A DNA stretch of 64,000 nt from Felis catus (lineage: Eukaryota), in contig NC_058368.1 in NCBI RefSeq assembly GCF_018350175.1, positions 199,146,001-199,210,000 on the forward strand. The letters run 5' to 3'. The translations under genes and the position numbers were made by a program. Below are positions 53,278-64,000 of this stretch, in pieces; within the stretch, counting starts at the first letter, position 1; every line of letters starts with the position of its first letter. The notes beneath the pieces were generated by a model. The model was not told the origin of the DNA, did no database searches, and saw only the letters and a program-made list of their open reading frames with translations.

Positions 53278-53959
53278 TTTTTCCACCATTTCTAAGAGTC
53301 ATGGGTAAGTTCCTGATTCTGATTTCTGCTCTCTTTGCGTCAAGCTCCAAATCTAATTGGCTTACCAGTAAGTTCCATGGGAGCTGCTGGTAGTTCAGGC
53401 CACAATTCTGGTTTAACTGTCTGAAACCCCAGGGTCCTTAATTCTGTCCCAAGACCTATGGGGGAACTGTTAATGGCAGCTGCAGTTTCCCACTGATGTG
53501 GAGCCTCCAGTCCCCATTTGTTGGTGTCTGCTCGTTCAATCCTTTCCCCAGTCCAAGGTTTCATGATAGAAATTACTGGCGGTGCACACAGGACTATCTC
53601 ATGGCCAGAGCACAGTACTATCTCTTGGTTATTGCCAATATAGTAAGGTATACATGTTTGATTGTCTTGTTTTGTGTAAAGGTTAATGTTAATGGGGATG
53701 ATGGAAGCCAAAAAGCTGCAAAAATTGGTGGGAACATGTTAGGCACTTAAAAGCTGTTAGAGCAATCACCACCTAACTCAGAGATCCCCATGTTAGTATA
53801 AGTCGGCTACAGAATGGATTAGATTGACACTAAGTCACTGTCAACCTCAAGAACATTTCTGTGCAATGAGGTATACTGCAAAACACCATAAAACCCCCAA
53901 TGCAGCAGCACATCCCTTACAAGTATCCCTTTCAGTTTGGTTCTGAGAGACCCAAAGGC

Positions 53960-55250
53960 TTAGCTAGAATAACAACAAAAGGGAAGGGATCCTTAAATTC
54001 TAAAAAGTTAAGCATGCCACCTTCTGACACACCTGCATATTTTGTCTCAGAAGCTATAAATATCTACAAGATTGTCAAAATGTTATTAGAGACAACCTAG
54101 AATTAATTACAATGGCCATTATGGGGAACGTTCCAATTAGATGAGATCATTCATTTAAGAAATGTACTTGAAAACAAGGGTTCCTAAACTGAACAGAATG
54201 AGATATCTATTTTAATTGGTATTCAGAAGCTTCCAAAATGCATCAAGATTCCAAAAATGCTTCATTAAAAAAATGAAGCAAAAGACTAATGAGAAATTAA
54301 AGACACAAGAGGTACTTAAAAAAAAAAAAAAGACAATAAAACCCCTACTGCTCGCCTCAAATCTTCCTTTCCCTGCGTACTCAACACTCTACTAATCCTG
54401 TAGCTGAGCTGCCTTTCCACTCTGAAGAGACTATTAAAAGGTTATCTTTTACAATAAAAACACCTGAGGTTGTGGGGTGACTCTCTTTCACTCCTTGGTC
54501 AAAGACTAAATTAAAACCATAGTTAAAAGAATTTCCTAAACCCAAGGACGATCCCCAAAAGTTTTCTGAAGAAGTTATTAGAGCCAGGTTGCCAGATCTT
54601 GTCCTCTTGTGCACATGTTGGTGGGACCTGGTAAAGCCCAAAAATGGATGCAGGAAGCAAGATGGTATAACCCCAAGGATGATATCCAAGATCCTTAACC
54701 TTCAATCTGGTCCCCTCCTGGACTAGAAAAGGTTCACAGAATAGCAACCAATCTTTAAAAGCCATTCCTAGTGTCCCCCTCTTCAAACATGTATATTTAT
54801 TTATTATTTGTATATTATTCAAACATGCAAACAAAACAAAGATGAATCTGTTGCAGACTTTAAGCCCACTTGGAAGCTTTCTTCCTACAGCATTCTGGGG
54901 CTCCAGAATAAGAATAAGGTCACCCAACTTGCTCTAGCTGCTCTATTTGTCAATGGAGTATCTCCTGAGATTAGTGAATTGATAAGCAGAAAACAGGAGG
55001 GAGACAACTGACTGACTGAACCTGTGACCATAGCTGAGCACTTTGAAGGAACTTTGAAACAAGACCACAAACAAAAGTCTGCCAAGATACTGGCCATAGA
55101 GATATAATAACTCCAAGGCCAGGCACCTAAAATAACACCTAGGTCCCCCACATCACACCCCCCCGACTAGGGGTCCACAATCAAACTATGGCCCAAGTGT
55201 TGATGTTTCATTTGTAATCAAACGGGACAATGGAAAAAATGTGTCTTCAA
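53960..55250 (+). pseudogene. Disrupted retroviral gag
   Basis: Matrix-like QWPLWGTFQLDEIIHLR (~54110), capsid-like TPWSKTKL/KEFPKPKDDPQKFSEE (~54490-54575), MHR-like CKQNKDESVADF (~54826) and degenerate Zn knuckle CFICNQTGQWKKC (55204-55242). Confidence 0.8.
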
Positions 55251-55434
55251 AGGTCCTATGTAAATCTGTGAACATCAACTCAGTGAAGTAGATGTCTCCT
55301 CCAGAAAAGTAAAAAGCTTTAGCCATCTGAACAAGTAACCTTAACCTATACCATCTACCAGAAAAACAACTTAGACCCAACTTCTTTTATAACTAGTGAG
55401 TTGTGTGTTACTGTACCTGATTGATGGCTGTAAT

Positions 55435-55607
55435 TTATTTTTCTTCGAAGTTTATTTATTTGAGAGAGAGGTAAACCGAGAATCCCAAGCAGGTGCCATG
55501 CTCAGTGCAGAGACAGACACAGAGCTAAATCTCAGGAACTGTTAGATCATGAGCTGAGATGAAATCAAGAGTTGGATGCTTAACTGACTGAGCCACCCAG
55601 GTACCCC
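55435..55607 (-). mobile_element. CanSINE
   Basis: SINE consensus motifs. Confidence 0.88.
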
Positions 55608-56469
55608 TGTGCAAGTAATTTTAAAATAGAAGTTAGAAGTTCTACATTTACATCTGTCTGTATGTCTATGTGTCAAAATATATGTGTTACAGATAGGTGG
55701 ATTTTTTTAAATCTCTTAATGGTATTGGTAAAATTAATTTGTAAAAGAGTTCTATTTAATTGGCTTGAAGAAAATTAAGCACCTCTATAAATTAAGGCAT
55801 TCCTAAAATTCTCAACTATACAATAGAAACTCAAATGCTTTTCAGACTCATGTGATCTGTGAAAATATTCAGTATCAAAGCCAATTTAAGTTTGTTGGCT
55901 TAATTAAAATAGGCATGTCTTTAGAATTATCAATAGTGAATATAATGCAGACATATAACTTTTATTAACTTGGGTTTACTAGTCCACGTTCACATTATCT
56001 GTTACAAAACTTATCAGCAAGAAAAATAACTTGGGATGATGAAATTTCAGAAGTGATCTAAACAAAATTTTTAAGAACAAGTGAATTACAGAGATGTAAG
56101 CAGGATAAAGATTTTTAGATGAAATTTTTTAAGTTTCCCAAATCTTTTTGGTAACCCGAAACCTTAAAGTTTTGCTAAGTTAAATGATGGAGAATCATTA
56201 CATATCTAGATCATTTGCAAATAAGATAAAATACTGAAACATTTAATTACTGAATATAGGTTTATCTACTTTACCTTCCTTTTATAGAGGAACTCAAGGT
56301 ATTTGGATGTATTAGTAAACATGTTTTGTGCCTAAGAAATTTACTATGAGAAAACATGTGTTCCTAGATATAACAAAATTATGTCTGCCAATCTACAGAA
56401 TGCTAGTGTAAGAGACAGTTCATAACCATTTGTTTACTTCCTTATTTTCATTAAAAAATAAGAGTTTTA

Positions 56470-57945
56470 GGGGTACCTGGCTGGCTCAGTCAGTAGAGAA
56501 TTCAACTCTTGATCTCAGAGTCATGAGTTCAAGTCCCACATTGGACATGGAGCCCACATAATTTTTTTAAAGGTTTTTAGGGTTAAAAATTCTACATATG
56601 TAATTAAAGACACTAAGGTTTGTGGAAGAAAAAGAATCTTTGGACGAGTATTAGGCATGGTCAAGACTGGCTAAGATTAGAATAAATTTAAGTGAACAAG
56701 TAAGCTAGTAAGATTAGAATGTGGTTTTTCTCTCTGTTAAAAGGACAAAATTTTCTTGGGACTGTTGGTCTGCTTTTGATAAGAGATAGTAAAAAAAATT
56801 ATTATTCCTTTACCGTTTTGACTAATCTGCCTAGAAATCAAAGATTTTGTCTTGTCAAAATAATTTCCTGTGTTTCATGTTGTTTTTTTATCACACCTTT
56901 AGTTACTTAAATTTAATTACTTCCCTATTTAAAAAGTTAAGCTTATTGTTTTACAATAATTTAACTTTTTTTTAAAGTAGGCTCCATGCCGCAACATGGG
57001 GCATGAACCCTGAGATCAAGAGTCACGTTCTACCAACTGAGCCAGTCAGGTGCCCCCTAATTTAACATTTTGTATTTGCTCTCAGAGTCTTTAATTGTCC
57101 CTATGGTTAACTGGATAACTAAGTATTATTTCACACTAACCTACGATCCAACTTGACCAAGTGTTTTTTAACCCTTGATATTTTTTATCAACTTTCCAAA
57201 ATTCAAACTCCAAATGAAGTATTTTTGACCTTGAACTAACTTTAAGATTTTTCTAGAGGGTCCCAAAAAATTGCAAAAGATTTGTATTCTCTTCTTATAA
57301 AAAGGGAGATGTTAAACTAGTTAGGCTTATTTGATATGTTAGGTGACTGGAGAAGCCATGTCAGATAAAATAATATTAAGCCTTCTTTATGTAATTTATA
57401 TAGGTATGTACTATAAGTTTTCTAAAATTTCTAGAAATCTGATGTCCTGGTGTAATGTTATCATTCATAATTCTACTTCTCTTAAAATGTTGTGTAACAC
57501 AATAACCAAATTTCCTTGTCAATTCCATTTACAGAGATACGTTGTTTTACTCTGATGCTTCAGTGTTCCTAAGAAAGTGCTACTATTTTCAAGGAGATTC
57601 ATGGAAAGGATTTTGACAAGTACAGGTTTCTTTTTTTAAAGATTTTTATTTTTTTAAGTAATTTCTATACCCAATGTGGGGCTCAAACTTACAACCCTGG
57701 GATCCAGAACTGTATGCTCTACCAACTGAGCCAGCCAGGCGCCCTGACAAGTACAGGTTTCTCATAACTAAGATCATAAGACTAAACTGGGTAGGAATTT
57801 CCAGAACTATTAGAAAAAAATGGATTCAAGAATTAATAACATGGTGAGTGCTGGCTGGCTCAGTCAGAGCATGCAACCCCTTGATCTTGGGGTTGTGAAT
57901 TTGAGCCCCACATTGGGTGTAGAGCCTACTTAAAAAAAAATAAAG
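56470..57945. mobile_element. Four short old CanSINEs in provirus B (56470-56570 +, 56966-57057 -, 57628-57744 -, 57845-57945 +)
   Basis: tRNA-like heads. The copy at 57628-57744 has TSD tgacaagtacaggtttct. Confidence 0.85.
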
Positions 57946-58183
57946 GATTAGTAACATGGCACTGAGTGGACTGATAAAAATTATAATTTATAGAACTTCT
58001 TATCTGAAAGACTGCTGGTTCTTTAATGTTTTGTTTTTCCAGACTTTGCAAACTTTTTCTCTTAAGCTATTAATGATTTACAACAATTTGGTTAAGTATA
58101 CCTTTGTAAACAAAGATGAAACTCTGAAGTATTCTTTTCATAGCAATATAGCTAGTTATTTACACAACTTCAATAAAAGTCCT

Positions 58184-58651
58184 TGGGGCACCTAGGTGGT
58201 TCAATATGTTAAACGTCAGATTTTGGCTCAGGTCATGATCTCACAGTTTGTGAGTATGAGCCCCACACTGGGCTCTGTGCTGTCAGCATGGAATCTGCTT
58301 TGGATACTCTGTCTCCCCACCTCTCTGTCCCTCTCTGGCTTTCTCTCAAAAATAAACACTATAAAAATTTTTTAAAAATCTGTCTCCTTATAACAAGACA
58401 CAATTGGAAACACTGGCTATATCACCAAGGCCTTTTTTAAAATTTTAATGTGTATTTATGATTTTGAGAGAGAGAGAGAGACAGATATGAGCAGGGAGGG
58501 GAAGAGAGAGAGAGGGAGACACAGAATCCAAAGCAGGCTCCAGACTCTGAGCTTTCAGCTCAGAGCCCGACACAGGACTTGAACTCACAAACTGCAAGAT
58601 CACGACCTGAGCCAGTCGGATGCTTAACTGACTGAGCCACCCAGGCGCCCC
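58184..58651. mobile_element. Tail-to-tail inverted CanSINE pair (58184-58375 + and 58433-58651 -)
   Basis: SINE consensus motifs. The second copy has TSD accaaggc. Confidence 0.9.
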
Positions 58652-59436
58652 TACCAAGGCTTTGATAGGAATGATTTTGCAGGTAAAATCTGATGGCCAG
58701 TCCCTTGGAAGCTTTTCACAGTTCGAGATTCCTTATGAAATGTTTCAGCAAAGCAGTGTTCAAAAAAAGCTCATATGGTAAGTCACTATTCTCACTGCAC
58801 TTATGTAAACAATCAGGCCAAGTTTACTGCCGATTAGTTTTACTGTGTTTATCTTTGGTTTTTAAAAAAATGGAGTTAATTGTGGAGCATAATGTTTGTA
58901 CCTTTTTAAATGCTGGATCCTAGCCCTATGAACTATTTTTGAGGTTTTGTTGTATTCCTATAAACTAGACTGGATCCTAAATTTTTCTAGTTTCATCATT
59001 TATCTGGCTACAACTCTCCAAATTAATATTTTCCATTTTCCCTCACACTTGGAATCACTGAGAACAAAGACTACCTTCGAATCTCCTCAGAAAGGGCTCT
59101 ACTCGTTCCTCCTCACCACCTAGATGGAGCCGAACTTCAAGGACTAGAATCTCAGGCACATATTTCACAGCTGAAAAAAGCTTTGCCTAATATCTAATAA
59201 TGTGCAAAAGCTGGAAACCTTCAAATCAGATTGAAGAAGAGAAGTAGGTGACAATGATTACTTCCTCCCAAGATCCCAGATCAAGACTTCATATGTTAGC
59301 TAAAATCCTCTCTTCTTGTCATCAAAAACTCTGGTCTATATATTAGAGAGCCCTTGGTCCATTTCCCTGTCTTTAGTCAATAACCTCAAAACTTGGGGAA
59401 CTTTGCATCTAGGTTCTCTATAAAGAAAGGAATACT

Positions 59437-59562
59437 GGGGCGCCTGGGTGGCTCAGTCGTTTGAGCATCCAACTTTGGCTCAGGTCATGATCTCGCGGTC
59501 TGTGAGTTCGAGTCCCGCATCGGGCTCTGTGCTGACAGCTCAGAGCCTGGAGCCTGCTTCGG

Positions 59563-59618
<56 letters not shown>

Positions 59619-59690
59619 CCTCCCCCACTCGTGCTGTCTCTTTGTCAAAAATAAATGTTAAAAAAATAAAAGAAAAAGAAAAAGAAAGGA
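59437..59690 (+). mobile_element. CanSINE with a long (CT)n tract
   Basis: TSD aaagaaaggaatac. Confidence 0.93.
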
Positions 59691-60167
59691 ATACAAGGAA
59701 AGGGTAACAAGAATAAAACTGCCTGTGTAGTGTACAGGCCATTAAAATATAACTGGCTTCCATGGCTGTCACTTTCCAGTCGGGAGCCACAGATTAAAAT
59801 GAGAATTACTGGGAGGCATTCAGGATTCACTTCCTTTGGCAGGCAGGGCTCTAATTCCCTGGTCAATACCACCTGCTGTGGATTACTTCTGGGGAAGCTG
59901 AAACTAGTTACATAAGATCACCTAGAAAGCCACTTGGCATAAAACGGTTGACTCTTTCCATGGAGTCTTTGACTGAATTGATTTTGACTGGTTTGCATCT
60001 TGGAGACCATGGTTCTAAAGTCCCATCCAAACACTGGGAATTGTCTTGTTTATTATAATCATACTAATCCTTCCTGGCATGATGTATTCTCTCAAAGACT
60101 TTAAATGCATGTTCCCATCCTCTACCCAACAAGCAAATAATCTTCCTAAGACTGAAAGGAACCAAAA

Positions 60168-60905
60168 GGGGGCACCTGGGTGGCTTAGTCAGTTAAGCGT
60201 CCAACTTCGGCTCAGGTCATGATCTCATGTTCCATGAGTTTGAGCCCCACATCAAGCTCTGTGCTGACAGCTCAGAGCCTAAAGCCTGCTTCAGATTCTG
60301 TGTCTCCCTCTCTCTCTGCCCATCCCCAGCTCATGTTCTTACTCTTAAAAATAAATAAACATAAAATAAATTAAAAACAAAAACCAAAAAAACAAAAAGA
60401 ATAACCAACTTAAAAAAATTAAGAACCTGGGGCACCTGGGTGGCTCATTTGGTTGAGCATCCGACTTCAGCTCAGGTCAAGACCTCATGGTTCATGAGTT
60501 CAAGCCCCGCATTTGGCTCTGCGTTGACAGTGCAGAGCCTGCTTGGGATTCTCTGTCTCTCTTTCTCCCCCTACCCCGCTTGCTCTCTCTCTCAAAATAA
60601 ATCAATTTAAAAAATTTAAAAAAAAAATTAAGAACCTGAAGCTGTGGTCTGTCACAGACACTAAGACCTGTGAATACCACCCAAAGGATTAACAAAAGCT
60701 GTGAGAGGGGCACCTGGGTGTTTCAGTCGGTTAAGCATCAGACTCTTGATTTCAGCTCAGGTGATGATCTCTTGGTTTGTGAGATGGAGCCGCAAGTCAG
60801 ACTCTGAACTAACAGTGTGGAGCCTGCTTGGGATTCTCTCTCTGCCTCTATGCCCCTCCCTGGCTCCTGCTCTTTCTCTCAAAATAAATAAACATTTAAA
60901 AAAAG
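60168..60905 (+). mobile_element. Three same-strand CanSINEs (60168-60400, 60429-60628, 60707-60905)
   Basis: TSDs aaaaaaattaagaacctg and aaaagctg(t/g)gaga for the second and third copies. Confidence 0.9.
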
Positions 60906-61257
60906 AAAAAGCTGGGAGAACTTCAAAGTGGTAGCTGGGAGTGATGCTAATGCCTTTAATTTTGATGTTATCTCTCAGTTATGCTGAGAGTCTGATTTAA
61001 TTTTTTTAAAAATCAAAATGGGCTCAAAATGGAGTCATTTGCGCTAAGCCTCACATCAACAAAGCAAGACTGCATACCTAACTGTAATTTCAACCTCTCC
61101 CAGAAATGTAACCTTAAACTAGTCAATTCTAGAATTTCCCCGTGAGCAATAGTGAGGTAATCCACCCAATAGACCAGACCCCCTTCTGTCCGCAGAGAAG
61201 AGGTAATCCATACTTTCCCTATCTCTGACCATTCTGCCAATTAAAGCCTCCCATTTT

Positions 61258-61381
61258 GGGGGTGCCTGGATGGCTCAGTCGGTAGACTATGTGACTTCTG
61301 ATCTCAGGGTTGTGAGTTCAAGTCCCACGCTGGATGCAGCGAGATTACTTAAAAATAAAATCTTAAGAAAAAAAAAAAAAA
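61258..61381 (+). mobile_element. Short old CanSINE inside the 3' LTR of provirus B
   Basis: TSD-like cccattttg/tccattttg. Confidence 0.88.
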
Positions 61382-62059
61382 GTCTTCCATTTTGTATAGT
61401 TCTTTAGAGTTCCTTTCTATTAGCTAGATGGGATGCTACCTGATTCATATATCACTGAATAAAGCCTATTTGATCTTTAAATTTATTAATAAAACTATGC
61501 AAATTCCATTAATAAATAGTGCAATGGATGAATCTTGCAAATAGAGGAAAACATTAAAATCTCATGTGACTTAAAGAGTAATCACAGCATTTAAAACGCT
61601 GAATACGGACACCTAAAAAACTGCCTATATATCATCTTGTCAAATAAAATGTAATTGTATTTAAACTGCACATGGCAGACATTTTTAACAAAAACTCCCC
61701 CAGGTACATTGTAAGAAAAGATGTTAAATATCAGACTTTTTTACAGTTAGACATAATTTAAACTGATAACCACCTTCAACTAAAGACTGGACACATAAAA
61801 TGCTCTAGGAGTCTCAATAAGATTGACAATTTTCTAGCTTATCTGGCTGTTTTCTCTAGTAGCAGTAACAAACAGCAGCTTTTATTCAATTAGAGGCAGT
61901 CCTGCCATTTAACATTTGAGTTTTATTCCACCACAGAGATTTAGGTTACTGACTTCATTGGTGCCACCGAATTTACAACCACTTTATTCCAATGCACTAT
62001 AAATTTGTTAATCACAAGATCTCAGGAACTTGCAAGTTTCCCTCAAAATAGCTAATTTC

Positions 62060-62481
62060 TTTTTTTTTCATTAATGCTTATTTATTTTTGAGAGAGAGAC
62101 AGAGCATGAGCAGGGAAGGGGCAGAGACAGAGGGAGACACAGAATCTGAAGCAGGCTCCAGGCTCTGAGCTGTCAGCACAGAGCCCGACACGGGCTCCAA
62201 CTCATGAACTGTGAAATCATGACCTGAGCCAAAATTACACTCTTAACCGACTGAGCCACCCAGGCGCCCCTAATTTCTTTCTTTTTTAAAAAAAAAATCT
62301 ATTTACTTATTTTGAGAGAGAGCATGTGCAAGTGGTGGAGGGAATGAAACAGAATCCCAAGCAGGCTCTGCACTGTTAGCACAGAACCTGACTAGGGGTC
62401 TAAGCTCACTAACCATGAAATCATGAACTGAGCCGAAACCAGGAGTCAGACGCTTAACCGACTGAGCCACCCAAGCACCCC
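62060..62481 (-). mobile_element. Two tandem CanSINEs (62060-62270 and 62283-62481)
   Basis: ctaatttct is repeated at both flanks and between the copies. Confidence 0.9.
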
Positions 62482-62874
62482 ATAATACCTAATTTCTAAA
62501 CTCACTCTTCTCCTTACAAACAACAACAAAAAATAATTTATACGTAAACAAAAGTGTCATTAAATTATTGACACTATTCACACAGTGTATCTTAAACAGC
62601 TTGGGGCCATGCTAACAATGCTTAGCGTCAGCCATTTTTATCCAGTAAATAGTTCTCTGAAAAGACTGTTTCTTTGATTTTTGTGCTGGGCCACCCTTAC
62701 ATGAGCATTAAATACATATTCATGTAAATATATAGGTCTATCACTTAACATTATACCTACACAAATGGTCTCAAAAAGTATTGTCAACATATTGGATTTA
62801 CAATTTAACATATTTAAAAGGAAAACCCACACAGAAAAAGCAGAAACAATATTCAAATTAAACCAAAGTACTCA

Positions 62875-63048
<174 letters not shown>

Positions 63049-63411
63049 CTACAGAAAAAGAAGCAAACACATTTCTAACAGCTCACATACACTCTGATGT
63101 ACTTTTGCTGCTTTTTATGTTCATGCAATTCTATTCAGACTTATAAACTGGGGTTTTTAGCTTTCTGACTTCACTACTCTGCTTTTACCGTATAAACTGC
63201 TATTTTGATATCTGGAAAAGGTATACTGGGAGGAGTGTTAGGGTACAGTGGGAAAGCGTTCATGAAAAAAAAATTAGGTCCCTTTTGTCCAATAAAGCAT
63301 TGATAATTTCTGAAGAGTTTGCTGGTAGAAGAGCCTATAGACTCTTATTTCATGAGCAGGTGTAACTAGTAAGCAGAGAAAGAATGTGAATGGGTATTAA
63401 AATTAAGGGGA

Positions 63412-63616
63412 GGGGCATTTCAGTGGCTCAATTAGTTAGGCATCCGACCTCAGACCTCAGCTCAAGTCAAGATGTCAGTTTGGTTTGTGAGTTCAAGCCC
63501 TGCATCTGGCTTGCTGCTGTCAGCACAGAAACCGCTTCAGATCCTCTGTCCTCTTCTTTCTCTGTGCCTCCCACGCACGTGTGCTCTCTCTCAAAATACA
63601 TATATTTTTTTAAAAA
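63412..63616 (+). mobile_element. CanSINE in NDUFS4 intron 2
   Basis: SINE consensus motifs. Confidence 0.88.
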
Positions 63617-64000
63617 GTAAGGGCATATAAAAAGTTATTTTTAAATAGAAAAAAAAATCTATTATCAGTGGTTTCTGTGTCAAACTGCTTACAAGAAGTC
63701 ATTTCCTTCAGGGGAAGGCCTAAACCTTTTGTTAAATAAAATCAATTATAAACTTTAATTAGCATTTTGATTTATCTCCTTTTAGTGAAATCTACTGAAA
63801 AGAACCCACACCAAATTTATTCTGCAAAGGTAAGCCATAAAAGTTACAGAGTTTTTGCAGAAATGTGATATGAAAACAATGGTAACTTTCTTGATTCTCT
63901 TTTTTTTTTTAAATAATTTTAACAAATGCTCAAAGTGATAAATGCCTGTAATTTTGATGCCCCAGATTAGACATATTTATCAAACATAGTAGCAGTCTGG

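Larger units (their letters stand above)
52696..61486 (+). mobile_element. Decayed ERV1 provirus B with MER34-like LTRs in NDUFS4 intron 3, antisense to the gene
   Basis: Paired LTRs (52696-52988 and ~61012-61486) sharing aaaatggagtcatttg and gaataaa(a)gcc(a/t)atttgatctttaaattta, a PBS, gag remnants, an integrase C-terminal remnant at ~59090-59185 and an env TM-like hydrophobic remnant at ~60000-60110. Confidence 0.85.

Overview
This is AT-rich mammalian genomic DNA, and the dense tRNA-derived carnivore SINEs of the felid type plus felid L1 3' ends point to a cat-family genome. The only real gene is the 3' half of NDUFS4 (complex I 18-kDa subunit) on the minus strand: exon 3 (63048-62876), exon 4 (48932-48859) and the coding part of terminal exon 5 (27469-27366), all with GT-AG junctions and a continuous frame ending in RVSTK*. 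The rest is intronic or downstream repeat: dozens of CanSINEs, several L1 fragments, two decayed ERV1-like proviruses, three solo LTRs, MaLR LTRs, MER82/MER33/MER58 DNA transposons and an RPS29 processed pseudogene. Most ORFs in the six-frame track are repeat artefacts. I found no convincing new multi-gene system. The best oddities are an unidentified ~1.2 kb polyadenylated retro-insertion splitting a MER33 in intron 4, a fused two-tailed palindromic SINE, a SINE replacing ~0.55 kb of L1, possible L1-L1 gene conversion, a candidate poison exon and an apparent E69V-equivalent change in NDUFS4. Repeat family names and comparisons with human sequences are from recall, not a database search, and repeat boundaries are approximate.
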